Source of the DNA: an uncultured Spirochaetota bacterium | Lineage (GTDB): Bacteria; Spirochaetota; Brevinematia; Brevinematales; JAOACQ01 | Direction of reading: 5' to 3' | DNA: 64,000 nt | Assembly (NCBI GenBank): GCA_963768055.1 | Contig: CAVYGN010000001.1 | Coordinates: 1,536,001-1,600,000 of the forward strand | Shown here: positions 60,562 to 64,000 of the stretch, piece by piece | Layout: each line of letters begins with the position of its first letter | Numbering within the stretch: position 1 is the stretch's first letter | Translations under genes and position numbers: made by a program | The notes under the pieces: generated by a model | The model's database searches: none | What the model saw: the letters and a program-made list of their open reading frames with translations, nothing else | What the model was told of the DNA's origin: nothing

Positions 60562-61200
60562 ATGACTATTTTAAAACATCGAGAAAAAGTAGGCGGGCTT
60601 TGGGATTTAATCGGCAAACTGCAATTTGATTTTCTTGTCAATGAGGGATTAAAACCTGAAAATTATTTATTGGATGTCGGATGCGGAAGTTTAAGAGGCG
60701 GTGTTCATTTTATTAAATATTTGAATATTGCCCGGTATTATGGATTTGATAATGATGAAGAATTGTTGAATGCCGGTAAGAATATTGAGTTAAATAATTA
60801 TCATGTTGCCGATAAAAAACCGAACTTATTGCTGGTAGATAATTTTGATTGTTCCATAATTGCTCAAAAATTCGATTATGCGTTAGCGCAATCAGTTTTT
60901 ACTCACCTGGATTTAAACAATATTATTGTTTGCCTTATTCAAATCAAAAAATTATTAAAAACCGGAGGCCGTTTTTATGTTTCTTTTTTTGAATCAAAAA
61001 AAGACATATTTGAATTGTTACCTGCAAAACATCATAGTACTGATAATATTGAGCTTTTAACTTATTTCAATAAGGATCCTTTTCATTATAATTTTCAAAT
61101 ATTTGAATGGATAAGCCAAAAAATTGGACTTAATGTTGATTATATTGGCGATTGGAACCATCCGAGAGATCAAAAAATGATGGTTTTTTATAAAAATTAG
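60562..61200 (+). CDS. Class I SAM-dependent methyltransferase
   Basis: LLDVGCGSLRGG, AQSVFTHL. Confidence 0.88.
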   Translation: MTILKHREKVGGLWDLIGKLQFDFLVNEGLKPENYLLDVGCGSLRGGVHFIKYLNIARYYGFDNDEELLNAGKNIELNNYHVADKKPNLLLVDNFDCSIIAQKFDYALAQSVFTHLDLNNIIVCLIQIKKLLKTGGRFYVSFFESKKDIFELLPAKHHSTDNIELLTYFNKDPFHYNFQIFEWISQKIGLNVDYIGDWNHPRDQKMMVFYKN

Positions 61201-61277
61201 AATATACTAATATAAATTATCCGCTTTGAAGCACCGCACTGTCATCCGACAGCGAAGTGACCCGGGGGAGGATTTTA

Positions 61278-63474
61278 GTGCTTATAAATGCCTTTATTCA
61301 GAAAATTTATGATAAATTAATTAATAAAGTTTCCCTTTTTAAAAGCGGCTATTTAAAGCTTAAGCGGAAAAAACTATACGATAATTTGCTTGTTATTTTT
61401 TTATATATCGTTTTATCCGTATTCGTACTCGGCGCAAATATTTTTAAAGGTGATACCGTCGGCCCGTTTAATTTTCTAGTATCCTATCCCGGATGGTCTT
61501 CGTTGAATTATCATCCTGTTGTCGTCGATACTGAGAGGATAGACGCCCTGGACGGATCCATACCCGAGCAAATAAATTACAAGAATAATCTTTTAAACGG
61601 TAAAATCCCGGTACTTGACCTTTTTTATTCAGATAAAATTTTCATACCCAGTTATATAGTAACGATCTTCATAGGAACGATCCCTGTCGGAATTTATTTT
61701 TCTGAAATTCTTAAACTGGTGGTATGCGGTTTCGGCGTATTTCTGCTGCTTAGCTTATTTACCCGAAAATCCGCCGCTTTTTTCGGCGGCGTCGTTTACA
61801 TGCTTTGCGGTTTTAACGCTTCCTGGTTTATCGGGGCGCATGTGGACGTATCGATGTGGATACCATGGCTCTTATGGGCGGCCGCGGGTTATCTGATAGA
61901 AGAAAAAAAATATTATCTTCTTTTTATAACCGCATCGACTGTTTTTATGCTATCCGGGTATTTTCCGAGCGTCGCGGCGTACGGCTTTTATTGTTTCGGG
62001 ATCCTGCTGTTATTCTGGAATTTAACTGATTACAAATCGATAAAATCTTTTATAATTAAATTATCGATGCCTTCGTTATTTATCGTTCTCGGCTTTTTAA
62101 TAGCTATGCCTACCCTTTCAAGTTACGCGGACCTTATCGGAGGCCTTAATCCCGGAACTGCGGGAATAGATTTAAGCTGGCGGCATGGAGGTACGTATTT
62201 AAGTGTAAATGATCTTTATCTATTTGTCAGGCCTTTCAGGAATATCAGGGTGGAAACATGCCTTTATACCGGGATTTTTTCACTCCTGCTGGCAGCCCTG
62301 AGCGTTCCGGTTATGATTTTCATGAGAAATAAAAAAATCAGGAACCTTGTTATTTTCGGGTTCATTATTTTTATTTTATCCGTTTTAATCGGCTTCGCGA
62401 TAATACCCGCTGATATTATAAGAAAGATACCGACCTTTAGTTTTAATCCCTGGAACAGGCTTACCTCGATAATAGGCTTATCCCTTGCAATACTCTCGGG
62501 AATAGGCTTTGAAGGCATGCTGTCTATACCGGATTTCCCCTTCTACCCTTCTTTTATTGAAAATTGGATTAAAAAGAATCGTATTAGATTAAAAACCTTC
62601 GTTCTAATTTTCGCAGCATTTATTTTTATTTTTCAGATTTTCGATCAAAAAAGGATTTTCAGCCATTTTAACGCTGTAGAGCCTTCCGAGTGGTGCTATC
62701 CTGAAACAAGATCGATAAAATATTTAAAAGACCATATAACCCCGTTTCAGAATATCATCGCGGATAATTCCTTCCTGTATAGCGGCGTTCTGGGAGGGTA
62801 CGGCTTGACTGAAATTTTCCAGCACAGGTATTATACGCGCGATGAAAAAGATCTTCTGCGCCGGATTGTTCCGACAGGGTTTCCCTCGCCTACATCGGCT
62901 TCATTTCCTGTGGAAGCAATAAATTACGATTCAAATCTATTTCATGCCCCTCGGGATCAAATTCATAATCGGTAAAGAATTTAATAAAATTAAAAAAGAA
63001 AATACAAATGGGTGGATCGTTCATAAAGTTGAAAACAGTATCATGGTCTGGGAAAAGCCGGAGACCCCGACTGGCGCTTACTATATACCGGACCTTAATG
63101 AGCAGCCGGAAAATATAAATATTAAAAATTGCGGCGGCGTAACGGAGGAAAAAGCCGGCGCTTATAAGATCAGGATAAATTACAACAAAGACGCCGGCGG
63201 ATTTATCGTCCTGCCCGACTGGTGCAGAGACGGCTGGAAGGCTTATATTAACGGCAAGGAGATCAAGACCGAGAAATACCTTAAATTCCTTCCTGCTTTT
63301 CATGTTCCGGGAAAAGCGGAAATTATTTATGAATATCAGTATCCGATGATTTTTATCTGGTTATCCTTTGCGGGATTATTGATTTTTATAGGAATTATAT
63401 TCCTTTTTATGATGATTAAAGATGAAAATCCTCATGATTTTGAACAGTCCGCCGGTAATGGAAAACATTATTGA
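61278..63474 (+). pseudogene. YfhO-like protein copy 2, +1 frameshift at 62947-62950 and lacking a 145-aa domain
   Basis: Near-identical to 57109-59721; GCCCC vs GCCC; GTG start after GGAGGA. Confidence 0.8.
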
Positions 63475-63513
63475 AAATATTTTCTGTTTATGATATGCTA
63501 TTGGCATTCTTAA

Positions 63514-63624
63514 GGGCGGTTCCAAAAACTGACATTGTAATTAATAAATGATGTTCTAAAAGTAATAAAACCGCCCTATGGGCATTACCTTGCCGCCTTG
63601 AAAAGGCGGTTTTTAGAAGTGCCC
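63514..63624 (+). mobile_element. MITE-like element (GGGC-TIR family)
   Basis: GGGCGGTTCCAAAAAC...GTTTTTAGAAGTGCCC, TTAA/TTAA flanks, internal GCCCTATGGGC. Confidence 0.78.
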
Positions 63625-63659
63625 TTAACTGGTTATTCAATGGAAACGAGCGTTAAATA

Positions 63660-64000
63660 ATGATAAAATATAATATTGATTTTTTTAAAAAAATAAACAA
63701 TGAAGAAATATTGATCTCAGGATGGGCTTTTTCTTCAAATAATGAGCTTAAAATAACATCACCGGATCTGATAAGTATTGAAAAGAAGAATCGGCCGGAT
63801 GTAATTAACAGTTATAAAGATAAATTTGATAATATCGATATTGATTGCGGCTTTAATTTGACAATCAAATCCAAATCCGGGCGGGCGGTTTTTAAATTAA
63901 ACGACGGCGATGAGGAAATAATCTACAAAGCGGGCTTATTGAAAATAAAACTGGAAAATTTTAAAAAAAGCATATTGAAAATTCACGGTATTTTAAAAGT
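63660..64000 (+). CDS. Partial ORF; N-terminal module of a probable glycosyltransferase
   Basis: MIKYNID...ISGWAF...RPDV...CGF; open to the window end. Confidence 0.55.
   Translation, partial: MIKYNIDFFKKINNEEILISGWAFSSNNELKITSPDLISIEKKNRPDVINSYKDKFDNIDIDCGFNLTIKSKSGRAVFKLNDGDEEIIYKAGLLKIKLENFKKSILKIHGILK

Noticed and set aside
57109..63474. Diversity-generating retroelement (TR/VR pair)
   Set aside because: Differences are not adenine-specific, span whole genes, and no reverse transcriptase is present.

Overview
Bacterial chromosomal window, probably from a spirochaete or related anaerobe; this is inferred only from protein character (plant/protist-type iPGM, Campylobacter-type NifS/NifU, divergent LptF/G-like pair). 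The left two-thirds is mostly housekeeping: ddl-ftsQ-ftsA-ftsZ, ruvC, coaBC, tRNA-Asn, hisB/H/A-ispG, uvrD, gpmI, hisI/G, leuB, clpA, nifS/U and sppA. Small accessory cassettes are scattered among them: an inverted-repeat-flanked GxxExxY gene, a direct-repeat-flanked methyltransferase and a three-copy non-coding repeat. Two non-coding repeat families recur in intergenic DNA: a bipartite GGGC...GCCC MITE-like element with TTAA/TAAA flanks that often coincide with stop codons, and a TGTCATTTCGAG REP-like hairpin. From about 43.4 kb a zone of decayed modules (IS1380 fragment, decapitated AbrB plus intact VapC, rmlC fragment, frameshifted MNT/HEPN) leads into a surface-glycan locus. That locus has WbpB/D/E-like genes, GT2, GT4, sugar aminotransferases, methyl- and sulfotransferases, and two near-identical YfhO/GT-C-like genes that differ by a 145-aa domain and a 1-nt frameshift. 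No CRISPR array or rRNA was seen. All calls come from reading motifs by eye; no searches were run.
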